Source of the DNA: Phyllobates terribilis
Lineage: Eukaryota
Length of the DNA: 64,000 nucleotides
Reading direction: 5' to 3'
NCBI RefSeq assembly: GCF_046119375.1
Contig: NW_027362764.1
Span: 25,110,001 to 25,174,000, forward strand
In this document: positions 24,797 through 38,862 of the stretch, piece by piece
Numbering within the stretch: position 1 is the stretch's first letter
Layout of the letters: every line of letters starts with the position of its first letter
Made by a program: the position numbers and the translations under genes
The notes under the pieces: generated by a model
What the model was told of the DNA's origin: nothing
The model's database searches: none
What the model saw: only the letters and a program-made list of their open reading frames with translations

Positions 24797-27700
24797 GATC
24801 CCTCTGTGTGTAATGACTCTATATAATAGATCCCTCTGTGTGTAATGACTCTATATAATAGATCCCTCTGTGTGTAATGACTCTATATAATAGATCCCTC
24901 TGTGTGTAATGACTCTATATAATAGATCCCTCTGTGTGTAATGACTCTATATAATAGATCCCTCTGGGTGTAATGGCTCTATATGATAGATCGCTCTGTG
25001 TGTAATGACTCTATATAATAGATCCCTCTGTGTGTAATGACTCTATATAATAGATCCCTCTGTGTGTAATGACTCTATATAATAGATCCCTCTGGGTGTA
25101 ATGACTCTATATAATAGATCCCTCTGGGTGTAATGACTCTATATAATAGATCCCTCTGTGTGTAATGATTCTATATAATAGATCCCTCTGTGTGTAATGA
25201 CTCTATATAATAGATCCCTCTGGGTGTAATGACTCTATATAATAGATCCCTCTGTGTGTAATGATTCTATATAATAGATCCCTCTGTGTGTAATGACTCT
25301 ATATAATAGATCCCTCTGTGTGTAATGACTCTATATAATAGATCCCTCTGTGTGTAATGGCTCTATATGATAGATCGCTCTGTGTGTAATGACTCTATAT
25401 AATAGATCCCTCTGTGTGTAATGACTCTATATAATAGATCCCTCTGTGTGTAATGACTCTATATAATAGATCCCTCTGGGTGTAATGACTCTATATAATA
25501 GATCCCTCTGGGTGTAATGACTCTATATAATAGATCCCTCTGTGTGTAATGATTCTATATAATAGATCCCTCTGTGTGTAATGACTCTATATAATAGATC
25601 GCTCTGTGTGTAATGGCTCTATATAATAGATCCCTCTGTGTGTAACGGCTCTATATAATAGATCGCTCTGTGTGTAACGACTCTATATAATAGATCCCTC
25701 TGTGTGTAACGACTCTATATAATAGATCCCTCTGTGTGTAACGGCTCTATATAATAGATCCCTCTGTGTGTAACGACTCTATATAATAGATCCCTCTGTG
25801 TGTAACGGCTCTATATAATAGATCGCTCTGTGTGTAACGACTCTATATAATAGATCCCTCTGTGTGTAACGACTCTATATAATAGATCCCTCTGTGTGTA
25901 ATGACTCTATATAATAGATCCCTCTGGGTGTAATGACTCTATATAATAGATCCCTCTGTGTGTAATGACTCTATATAATAGATCCCTCTGTGTGTAATGA
26001 TTCTATATAATAGATCCCTCTGTGTGTAATGACTCTATATAATAGATCCCTCTGTGTGTAATGACTCTATATAATAGATCCCTCTGTGTGTAATGACTCT
26101 ATATAATAGATCCCTCTGTGTGTAATGACTCTATATAATAGATCCCTCTGTGTGTAATGGCTCTATATAATAGATCGCTCTGTGTGTAATGACTCTATAT
26201 AATAGATCCCTCTGTGTGTAATGACTCTATATAATAGATCCCTCTGTGTGTAATGACTCTATATAATAGATCCCTCTGGGTGTAATGACTCTATATAATA
26301 GATCCCTCTGGGTGTAATGACTATATAATAGATCCCTCTGTGTGTAATGACTCTATATAATAGATCCCTCTGTGTGTAATGACTCTATATAATAGATCGC
26401 TCTGTGTGTAATGACTCTATATAATAGATCACTCTGTGTGTAATGACTCTATATAATAGATCACTCTGCGTGTAATGACTCTATATAATAGATCCCTCTG
26501 CGTGTAATGACTATATAATAGATCGCTCTGTGTGTAATGACTCTATATAATAGATCCCTCTGGGTGTAATGACTCTATATAATAGATCCCTCTGTGTGTA
26601 ATGACTCTATATAATAGATCGCTCTGTGTGTAATGACTCTATATAATAGATCCCTCTGTTTGTAATGACTCTATATAATAGATCCCTCTGTGTGTAATGA
26701 CTCTATATAATAGATCGCTCAGTGTGTAATGACTCTATATAATAGATCCCTCTGTGTGTAATGACTCTATATAATAGATCCCTCTGTGTGTAATGATTCT
26801 ATATAATAGATCCCTCTGTGTGTAATGATTCTATATAATAGATCCCTCTGTGTGTAATGACTCTATATGATAGATCCCTCTGTGTGTAATGGCTCTATAT
26901 GATAGATCGCTCTGTGTGTAATGACTCTATATAATAGATCCCTCTGTGTGTAATGACTCTATATAATAGATCACTCTGTGTGTAATGACTCTATATAATA
27001 GATCCCTCTGGGTGTAATGACTCTATATAATAGATCCCTCTGGGTGTAATGACTATATAATAGATCCCTCTGTGTGTAATGATTCTATATAATAGATCCC
27101 TCTGTGTGTAATGACTCTATATAATAGATCGCTCTGTGTGTAATGACTCTATATAATAGATCCCTCTGTGTGTAATGGCTCTATATAATAGATCGCTCTG
27201 TGTGTAACGACTCTATATAATAGATCCCTCTGTGTGTAACGACTCTATATAATAGATCCCTCTGTGTGTAACGACTCTATATGATAGATCCCTCTGTGTG
27301 TAACGGCTCTATATAATAGATCGCTCTGTGTGTAACGACTCTATATAATAGATCCCTCTGTGTGTAATGACTCTATATAATAGATCCCTCTGTGTGTAAT
27401 GACTCTATATAATAGATCCCTCTGGGTGTAATGACTCTATATAATAGATCCCTCTGTGTGTAATGACTCTATATAATAGATCCCTCTGTGTGTAATGATT
27501 CTATATAATAGATCCCTCTGTGTGTAATGACTATATAATAGATCCCTCTGTGTGTAATGACTCTATATAATAGATCCCTCTGTGTGTAATGACTCTATAT
27601 AATAGATCCCTCTGTGTGTAATGACTCTATATAATAGATCCCTCTGTGTGTAATGGCTCTATATAATAGATCGCTCTGTGTGTAATGACTCTATATAATA

Positions 27701-29425
27701 GATCGCTCTGTGTGTAATGACTCTATATAATAGATCCCTCTGGGTGTAATGACTCTATATAATAGATCCCTCTGGGTGTAATGACTCTATATAATAGATC
27801 CCTCTGGGTGTAATGACTCTATATAATAGATCCCTCTGTGTGTAATGACTCTATATAATAGATCCCTCTGTGTGTAATGACTCTATATAATAGATCCCTC
27901 TGTGTGTAATGACTCTATATAATAGATCGCTCTGTGTGTAATGACTCTATATAATAGATCACTCTGTGTGTAATGACTCTATATAATAGATCACTCTGCG
28001 TGTAATGACTCTATATAATAGATCCCTCTGTGTGTAATGACTATATAATAGATCGCTCTGTGTGTAATGACTCTATATAATAGATCCCTCTGGGTGTAAT
28101 GACTCTATATAATAGATCCCTCTGTGTGTAATGACTCTATATAATAGATCGCTCTGTGTGTAATGACTCTATATAATAGATCCCTCTGTTTGTAATGACT
28201 CTATATAATAGATCCCTCTGTGTGTAATGACTCTATATAATAGATCCCTCTGTGTGTAATGACTCTATATAATAGATCCCTCTGTGTGTAATGAGTCTAT
28301 ATAATAGATCCCTCTTGGGTGTAATGACTCTATATAATAGATCACTCTGTGTGTAATGACTCTATATAATAGATCGCTCTGTGTGTAATGACTCTATATA
28401 ATAGATCCCTCTGTGTGTAATGACTCTATATAATAGATCCCTCTGTGTGTAATGATTCTATATAATAGATCCCTCTGTGTGTAATGATTCTATATAATAG
28501 ATCCCTCTGTGTGTAATGACTCTATATAATAGATCGCTCTGTGTGTAATGACTCTATATAATAGACCGCTCTGTGTGTAATGACTCTATATAATAGATCA
28601 CCCTGTGTGTAATGACTCTATATAATAGATCCCTCTGTGTGTAATGACTCTATATAATAGATCCCTCTGTGTGTAATGACTCTATATAATAGATCACTCT
28701 GTGTGTAATGACTCTATATAATAGATCCCTCTGCGTGTAATGACTATATAATAGATCCCTCTGCGTGTAATGACTCTATATAATAGATCCCTCTGTATGT
28801 AATGACTGTATATAATAGATCCCTCTGTGTGTAATGACTCTATATAACAGATCGCTCTGTGTGTAATGACTCTATATAATAGATCGCTCTGTGTGTAATG
28901 GCTCTATATAATAGATCGTTCTGCGTGTAATGACTCTTTATAATAGATCGCTCTGCGTGTAATGACTCTATATAATAGATTGCTCTGCGTGTAATGACTC
29001 TATATAATAGATCCCTCTGCGTGTATTGACTCTATATAATAGATCCCTCTGCGTGTAATGACTCTATATAATAAATCCCTCTGTGTGTAATGGCTCTATA
29101 TAATAGATCCCTCTGTGTGTAATGACTCTATATAATAAATCCCTCTGTGTGTAATGGCTCTATATAATAGATCCCTCTGTGTGTAATGACTCTATATAAT
29201 AGATCCCTCTGCGTGTAATGACTCTATATAATAGATCCCTCTGTGTGTAATGACTCTATATAATAGATCCCTCTGCGTGTAATGACTCTATATAATAGAT
29301 CCCTCTGTGTGTAATGGCTCTATATAATAGATACCTCTGTGTGTAATGACTCTATATAATAGATCCCTCTGTGTGTAATGACTCTATATAATAGATCCCT
29401 CTGTGTGTAATGACTCTATATAATA
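24797..29425. repeat. 32-bp tandem array (~145 units) within the right TIR of Tc1-A, inverted relative to 22668-23190
   Basis: Unit gatccctctgtgtgtaatgactctatataata is the reverse complement of the left-TIR unit. Confidence 0.97.
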
Positions 29426-29498
29426 TAGGAGTTTCACTTTTTGTATTGAAGAACTGAAATTAATAAACTTTTTGATGATATTCTAATTTAGTGACTTG

Positions 29499-30072
29499 TA
29501 AATGTGACATGTTTAAGGAAATACTTCTAGAATTCTGTAGAAACTTTATACCCTCTGGTACTAAAATGTCCAGGAATAAAAAGAAACCATTATGGATAAA
29601 TAAGACAGTACAAAGTTTAATAATACGAAACCAAACGGCCGAGAAATCAGAAATAACATTTCAGGAGTATAAAGATCTCAATAAGAAATGTAAAAATGAA
29701 ATCAAGCAGCAAAGTTATCTACAGAGAAATAAATCCCAAAAATGTTATAAATAAATCAACGCCAAAAAGAAAAAAAAACAGATGATATCGGCCCCTTAAG
29801 ACGATAATAACAAGATAATTATAGAGGACAAAGAAAAGGCTGAGCTATTAAACTGGCACGTCTCATCCGGGTTCACAATGAACGGTCTGTACCAGGGATC
29901 TTTCAACTGGGCAAAAATCAAAGTTCATCACCGGATATAACTCGTTCAACACAAAAAGAAGTACGCCTGCTTCTGAGCAAATTAAACATTGACAAATCCC
30001 AGATGGCATTCACCTATGGATACTGTGGGAGCTGAGCTCAGTAATTGACAGACCGCTGTATCTCATATTCTA
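29499..30072 (+). mobile_element. CR1-type LINE fragment 3 (ORF2 linker up to the RT N-terminus), 3'-truncated
   Basis: MFKEILLEFCRNFIP..KKPLWINK.., then DGIHPWILWELSSVIDRPLYLIF (degenerate PGPDGIHPRVLKEL motif). Confidence 0.85.
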
Positions 30073-30590
30073 ATAAATAAAAGGATATCAGCATAGTTAA
30101 GGAAGGGCCTTCTACGCCATATACAAATTTATACCAAAAAATAATGAGTACATAATGGCCCAAATAAGAACACAGAATGTCCATGCTAGTGCTCAAAATT
30201 CAATTCCGTTTATTAATCTGTTACATTGTGGACGGCTTATACAAATCATGGAGGCAATAACGGGATAAACAAAGGACTGAGCAGAGAGGCAAGGTAGGGG
30301 AAAAGAATAACACGAAGGCAGCAGAGGGAAGATAAAGTGCATCTGGTACAGGTAAGGGTCCTTGTGCAAAGTAACAAAACTGGGTCCCAGTATTATGACA
30401 AGGGTAGAAGAATCCGTCCCTATATCCCTCTCTAAAGTGCTAACCGGTCCCCACATGTAAATTATTGCTCACCCATACTGTATCCAGGAGTCGTGCGTCC
30501 CTCCGTGTCAAAGTGCAGCCCCGACACGTGTTTCTCTAGATGCACATGCTCCCCCCGGAAGCAGCATCTAGCGAAACACGTGTCAGTAGT
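30073..30590 (-). mobile_element. Possible Penelope-like terminal-repeat fragment
   Basis: Replaces the CR1 3' end. Carries GAAAC-ACGT-GTC hammerhead-like half cores and a downstream GTGAG donor-like motif on the minus strand. Inference only. Confidence 0.3.
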
Positions 30591-30625
30591 GTGCAAAGTT
30601 CTTGAGGGCATCATAAGAAATGGGC

Positions 30626-31630
30626 CACAGGGATCTGTGCCGGGAGCAGTGGGGACCGCAGGGATCTGTGCCGGGAGCAGTGGGGACCGCAGGGATCTGT
30701 GCCGGGAGCAGTGGGGACCGCAGGGATCTGTGCCGGTAGCAGTGGGGGCCGCAGGGATCTGTGCCGGTAGCAGTGGGGGCCGCGGGGATCTGTGCCGGGA
30801 GCAGTGGGGACCGCGGGGATCTGTGCCGGGAGCAGTGGGGACCGCGGGGATCTGTGCCGGTAGCAGTGGGGGCCGCGGGGATCTGTGCCGGGAGCAGTGG
30901 GGATCTGTGCCGGGAGCAGTGGGGATCTGTGCCGGGAGCAGAGGGGGCCGCGGGAATCTGTGCCGGGAGCAGCGGGGGCTGCGGGGATCTGTGCCGGGAG
31001 CAGTGGGGATCTGTGCCGGGAGCAGTGGGGTTCTGTGCCGGGAGCAGTGGGGTTCTGTGCCGGGAGCAGAGGGGGCCGCGGGGATCTGTGCCGGGAGCAG
31101 TGGGGATCTGTGCCGGGAGCAGTGGGGTTCTGTGCCGGGAGCAGAGGGGGCCGCGGGGATCTGTGCCGGGAGCAGCGGGGGCCGCGGGGATCTGTGCCGG
31201 GAGCAGCGGGGGCCGCGGGGATCTGTGCCGGTAGCAGTGGGGGCCGCGGGGATCTGTGCCGGTAGCAGTGGGGGCCGCGGGGATCTGTGCCGGTAGCAGT
31301 GGGGTTCTGTGCCGGGAGCAGAGGGGGCCACGGGGATCTGTGCCTGGAGCAGTGGGGATCTGTGCCGGGAGCAGTGGGGTTCTGTACCGGGAGCAGAGGG
31401 GGCCGCGGGGATCTGTGCCGGTAGCAGTGGGGGCCGCGGGGATCTGTGCCGGTAGCAGTGGGGATCTGTGCCGGGAGCAGTGGGGTTCTGTGCCGGGAGC
31501 AGAGGGGGCCGCGGGGATCTGTGCCGGGAGCAGCTGGGGCCGTGGGGATCTGTGCCGGGAGCAGCTGGGGCCGCGGGGATCTGTGCCGGGAGCAGCGGGG
31601 ACCGCTTGGATCTGTGCCGGGAGCAGTGGG
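30626..31630. repeat. GC-rich minisatellite mosaic of ~31-bp and ~21-bp units
   Basis: ggatctgtgccgggagcagtggggaccgcag interleaved with ggatctgtgccgggagcagtg. Confidence 0.92.
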
Positions 31631-32900
31631 GGAACTATGGCCGTGTGAGGGCTTATTTTTTGTGGGACGAGTTGTACTTTTGAGCGAATTCACTGGTTTT
31701 ACCATGTCGTGTACTGGAAAACGGGGAAAAAAATTCCAAGTGCAGTGAAATTGCAAAAAAATGCAAGTCCACAGTTGTTTTTTTGTTTTTTTTTACCGTA
31801 TTCATTGAATGCTATAACTGCCCTGCCATTCTTATTCTCCAGGTCATTACGAGTTCGTAGACACCAAACATGTAAAGGTTCTTTTTTATTTAAGTGGTGA
31901 AAAAAAATCGAAAGTTTGCTTAAAAAAAAGGCGCCATATTCTGAGACCCGTAGCGTCTCCATTTTTCGGGATTTGGGGCCGGGTGAGGGTTTATTTTTTT
32001 GCTCGCCGAGCTGACGTTTTTATTGATACCATTTTGGGGTAGATACGATGTTTTGATCGCCCATTATTGCATTTTATTGCATTGTTGCAGCGAACAAAAA
32101 AAACGTAATTCTGGTGTTTAGAATTTTTTTCTCGTTACACCATTTACCGATCGGATTAATTCTTTTCTTATATTGATAGATCGGGCGATTCTGAACGCGG
32201 CGATACCAAATATGTGCATGTGTTTTTTTTTTATTGTTTTATTTCGAATGGGGCGAAAGGGGGCCTTTCCGACGTGGTCAGTAATAGTACGCACCACTTC
32301 GGAAAGGCCGGTTCAGCCCGGGCTCCGGCACTGAGCCCGCACTGAACCGGGCACAGGTCGACTGATTTATACAGCTGACATGTGCCCACAACAGCCGCAA
32401 TCTGACAGCGGCATTTAACAGCGCCACGATGGAAGCGCATCACTTACCCCGCCCATCGGTGACCCTGTCACGTGATCGCGGGTCACTGATGGGTGGGCAT
32501 GACAACCCTGGGTCTGCAGCAGACTCCAGTGGTTGTCATGTAAAGATTGCTATGAGCGCCACCTAGTGGTCGGCGCTCATGGCACAGGAGCATTTCTGCT
32601 ACATAGAGGTGATCTGCTCATCACCTCTATGTAGCAGAGGCGAATGGACAGTTGCTGCTTGTAGTCTCCTATGGAGACTATAGAAGCATGCAAAAAATGT
32701 AAAAAAAAAAGTTTTAAAAAATATAAGAGTTTAAATCACCCCCCTTTTGCCCCATTCAAAACTTTTGGAATTTTTTTTCATCACTTAAATAAAAAATAAC
32801 CTATACATGTTTGGTATCTACGAACTCGTAATGACCTGGAGAATAAGAATGGCAGCTCAGTTTTAGCATCCAGTGAACGTGGAAAGAAAAAAAAGAACAA
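31631..32900. mobile_element. Fragment of a large non-autonomous DNA-transposon-like repeat with an internal ~100-bp inverted repeat
   Basis: ctgccattcttattctccaggtcattacgagttcgtag (31823-) is reverse-complemented at ~32820-32856; composition resembles 13452-15825. No termini identified. Confidence 0.45.
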
Positions 32901-33443
32901 AAGAATAATTATATACAGGAGATTCCCAGGTTATACCAGCTGCACATATATAATTATATACAGGAGACGCCCAGGTTATACCGGCTGTGCATATATAATT
33001 ATATACAGGAGATGCCCAGGTTATACCAGCTGTACATATATCATTACATACAGGAGATGCCCAGGTTATACCAGCTGCACATATATAATTATATACAGGA
33101 GACGCCCAGGTTATACCGGCTGTACATATATAATTATATACTGGAGATGCCCAGGTTATACCAGCTGCACATATATAATTATATACAGGAGACGCCCAGG
33201 TTATACCGGCTGTGCATATATAATTATATACAGGAGATGCCCAGGTTATACCAGCTGTACATATATCATTACATACAGGAGATGCCCAGGTTATACCAGC
33301 TGCACATATATAATTATATACAGGAGACGCCCAGGTTATACCGGCTGTGCATATATAATTATATACAGGAGATTCCCAGGTTATACCAGCTGCACATATA
33401 TAATTATATACAGGAGACGCCCAGGTTATACCGGCTGTGCATA

Positions 33444-34587
33444 CACTACCGTTGAAATGTTTGGGGTTGTTTAGAAATTTCATTATTTTTGAAAGAAAAG
33501 CACATTTTTTTTCAATGAAGCTAACATTAAATGAATCAGAAATACACTCTATACATTGTTAATGTGGTAAATGACTATTCTAGCTGCAAACGTCTTGTTT
33601 TTATTGCAGTATCTACATAGGTGTATAGAGGCTCATTTCCAACAACCACCACTCCAGTGTTTTAATGGTACATTGTGTTGCTAACTGTGTAAGAAGCTAA
33701 TGGATGTTTAGAAAACCCTAGAAAACCCTTGCACAAGTATGTTAGCCCAGCTGAAAACGGTTTGGCTGATTTGAGAAGCTATAAAATTGACCGTCCTTTG
33801 AGCTAGTTGAGAATCTGGAGCATTACATTTGTTTGTTCTATGAAACTCTCAAAATGGCCAGAAAAAGAGAACTTTCATGTGAAACTCGACAGTCTATTCT
33901 TGTTCTTAGAAATGAAGGCTATTCCATGCGAGAAGTTGCCAAGAAACTGAAGATTTCCTACAACGGTGTGTACTACTCCCTTCAGAGGAGAGCACAAACA
34001 GGCTCTAACCAGAGTAGAAAGAGAAGTGGGCGCCACGCTGCACAACTGAGCAACAAGACAAGGACATTAGAGTCTCTAGTGTGAGAAATCGACGCCTCAC
34101 AGCTCCTCAACTGGCAGCTTCATTAAATAGTACACGCAAAACGCAAGTGTCAACGTCTACAGTGAAGAGGCGACTCCGGGATGCTGGCCTTCAGGGCAAA
34201 GTGGCAAAGAAAAAGCCATATCTGAGACTGGCTAATAAAAGGAAAAGATTAATATGGGCAAAAGAACACAGACATTGGACAGAGGAAGATTGGAACAAAG
34301 GTTTATGGACAGACGAATCAAAGTTTGAGGTGTTTGGATCACACAGAAGAACATTTGTGAGACGCAGAAGAACTGAAAAGATGCTGGAAGAGTGCCTGAC
34401 GCCATCTGTCAAGCATGGTGGAGGTAATGTGAAGGAGAAAATTATTCTTTCAAATAAAAATCATTATTTCTAACCTTGTCAATGTCTGGACGATATTTTC
34501 TAATCATTTTGCAACTCATTTGATAAATAAAAGTATCATGGAAAACACAAAATTGTCTGTGTGACCCCAAACTTTTGAACGGTAGTG
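33444..34587 (+). mobile_element. Tc1-C, internally deleted Tc1 element (1144 bp)
   Basis: TIRs cactaccgttgaaatgtttgggg / ccccaaacttttgaacggtagtg with TA flanks. Transposase from ATG 33854 (MARKRELS..) to VKHGGGNV, then deleted. Confidence 0.92.
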
Positions 34588-35667
34588 TATATAATTATAT
34601 ACAGGAGATGCACAGGTTATACCGGCTATACATATATAATTATATACAGGAGATGCCCAGGTTATACCGGCTGTACATATATAATTATATACAGGAGATG
34701 CCCAGGTTATACCAGCTGTACATATATAATTATATACAGGAGATGCCCAGGTTATACCGGCTGTACATATATAATTATATACAGGAGATGCCCAGGTTAT
34801 ACCGGCTGTACATATATAATTATATACAGGAGATGCCCAGGTTATACCAGCTGTACATATATAATTATATACAGGAGATGCACAGGTTATACCGGCTGTA
34901 CATGTATAATTATATACAGGAGATGCACAGGTTATACCAGCTATACATATATAATTATATACAGGAGATGCCCAGGTTATACCGGCTGTACATATATAAT
35001 TATATACAGGAGATGCCCAGGTTATACCGGCTGTACATATATAATTATATACAGGAGATGCACAGGTTATACCAGCTATACATATATAATTATATACAGG
35101 AGATGCCCAGGTTATACCAGCTGTACATATATAATTATATACAGGAGATGCCCAGGTTATACCAGCTGTACATATATAATTATATACAGGAGATGCCCAG
35201 GTTATACCAGCTGTGCATATATAATTATATACAGGAGATGCCCAGGTTATACCGGCTGTACATATATAATTATATACAGGAGATGCCCAGGTTATACCAG
35301 CTGTACATATATAATTATATACAGGAGATGCCCAGGTTATACCGGCTGTACATATATAATTATATACAGGAGATGCTCGGGTTATACCAGCTGTACATAT
35401 ATAATTATATGCGGGAGATGCCCAGGTTATACCAGCTGTACATATATAATTATATACAGGAGATGACCAGGTTATACCAGCTGTATATATATATAATTAT
35501 GTAGTTCATATAGAGCAATGACGTACAAGAACATTATGATGTAAAAATACAAAATTTATTATAATCCAAAATTAAATATTGACAAACAAATCAAAGTATA
35601 TTGGCGCAGATGCAATAGCAGCGGGCAAAAAAATAGGTACACAGGGCTCAATCCAACATATGATATA

Positions 35668-37269
<1,602 letters not shown>

Positions 37270-37559
37270 TAGATTAGTAGTAGAAAGTCACTAAAATAGG
37301 ACATTTATAAATCCAACACATGGTATAGATTAATAAATAAGAAGTCGCTGGAATGGGACATATATATAGATGTGAACATGTCAAACATGTATCATGGCCA
37401 GGTTGGTAGTATATAAACTATCAAGAAGGCTACAGTGAGCCACTAAAGTGCACAGTGCATGGCTAAATACAAGAAAGATAGTCACCATTAAGGAGCAAAA
37501 ATAAATGCAAGATAGCAGAACTTACATGTGTGGGTATCAGGAATGCATACCCGGGTACT

Positions 37560-37609
37560 GTCACCCCTACGCGCGTTTCGGCACTTTGCCTTCTTCTGGG
37601 GGTAGTGAC
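37560..37609 (-). ncRNA. Minimal type I hammerhead ribozyme-like motif (variant core CAGAAGA), left-arm copy
   Basis: Exact reverse complement of 38813-38862. Confidence 0.6.
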
Positions 37610-38812
37610 ATACTAGAATCGGTATTGTTTATATAGCCCCATTAGCCAATAGATGGACAGGATGCAAAAATAAATTTAGTACCTGACCAATCAATGATGG
37701 TGATGCATCCTAGCAAGAGGACGCATATCCGCATATTAGGCCCGCCCCTCCGGAAGTTTGCATTGTTATCCCTGGCAATGCAGCATTGGATCCACACCGC
37801 GCGTCACGTGATTGCAGGGAGTTCATGACCCCCCTCGCGCATCACGTGACCGCGGGTATACATACCACCCCATGTGTAGCTCAATGGTATGTCCAACCCC
37901 TAGTCAGGTGGACAAGGAATGTCATCGCGACTCACGTGATTGGGAGGAGCTAGAACCGCCCCTAACATCACGTGATCGCTAATCGGACACCGCCTCCAGC
38001 ATCACGTAGTAATATACTTACATCCCCGTCACAGATAAAGAATAATACAGCAATTGTAATGTAATCGAGAGGGGATGGTACATAATAGCGATGTGATGAT
38101 TGGACAAAGCGGACAGTTGGGGGGCTAGTAATATGTACGGTGCACATTAGTGGTATCTTCCTGACTTCTGTCTTCCTGACTTTCTGATTATCTATTGCCT
38201 TGCTATTTGCAAGATATATATATATATGCATTGCTATATATGGCTTATCTATATACCTAGTGTGGATACCACTAATGTGCATCGTACATATTACTAGCCC
38301 CCCAACTGTCCGCTTTGTCCAATCATCACATCGCTATTATGTACCATCCCCTCTCGATTACATTACAATTGCTGTATTATTCTTTATCTGTGACGGGGAT
38401 GTAAGTATATTACTACGTGATGCTGGAGGCGGTGTCCGATTAGCGATCACGTGATGTTAGGGGCGGTTCTAGCTCCTCCCAATCACGTGAGTCGCGATGA
38501 CATTCCTTGTCCACCTGACTAGGGGTTGGACATACCATTGAGCTACACATGGGGTGGTATGTATACCCGCGGTCACGTGATGCGCGAGGGGGGTCATGAA
38601 CTCCCTGCAATCACGTGACGCGCGGTGTGGATCCAACGCTGCATTGCCAGGGATAACAATGCAAACTTCCGGAGGGCCGGGCCTAATATGCGGATATGCG
38701 TCCTCTTGCTAGGATGCATCACCATCATTGATTGGTCAGGTACTAAATTTATTTTTGCATCCTGTCCATCTATTGGCTAATGGGGCTATATAAACAATAC
38801 CGATTCTAGTAT

Positions 38813-38862
38813 GTCACTACCCCCAGAAGAAGGCAAAGTGCCGAAACGCGCGTAGGGGTGAC
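38813..38862 (+). ncRNA. Minimal type I hammerhead ribozyme-like motif (variant core CAGAAGA), right-arm copy
   Basis: Stem I acccc/ggggt (plus gtc/gac); core CAGAAGA(A); stem II ggc-aaagt-gcc; GAAA; palindromic stem III acgcgcgt; GUA triplet at 38852-38854. Confidence 0.6.

Larger units (their letters stand above)
16384..29498 (+). mobile_element. Tc1-A: Tc1 (DD34E) element with long TIRs, swollen to 13.1 kb by nested insertions and satellite expansion
   Basis: TA flanks at 16382-16383 and 29499-29500. caagtgcgctcactaaattagaatatcatcaaaaag.. at left is mirrored at 29421-29498. Confidence 0.92.
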
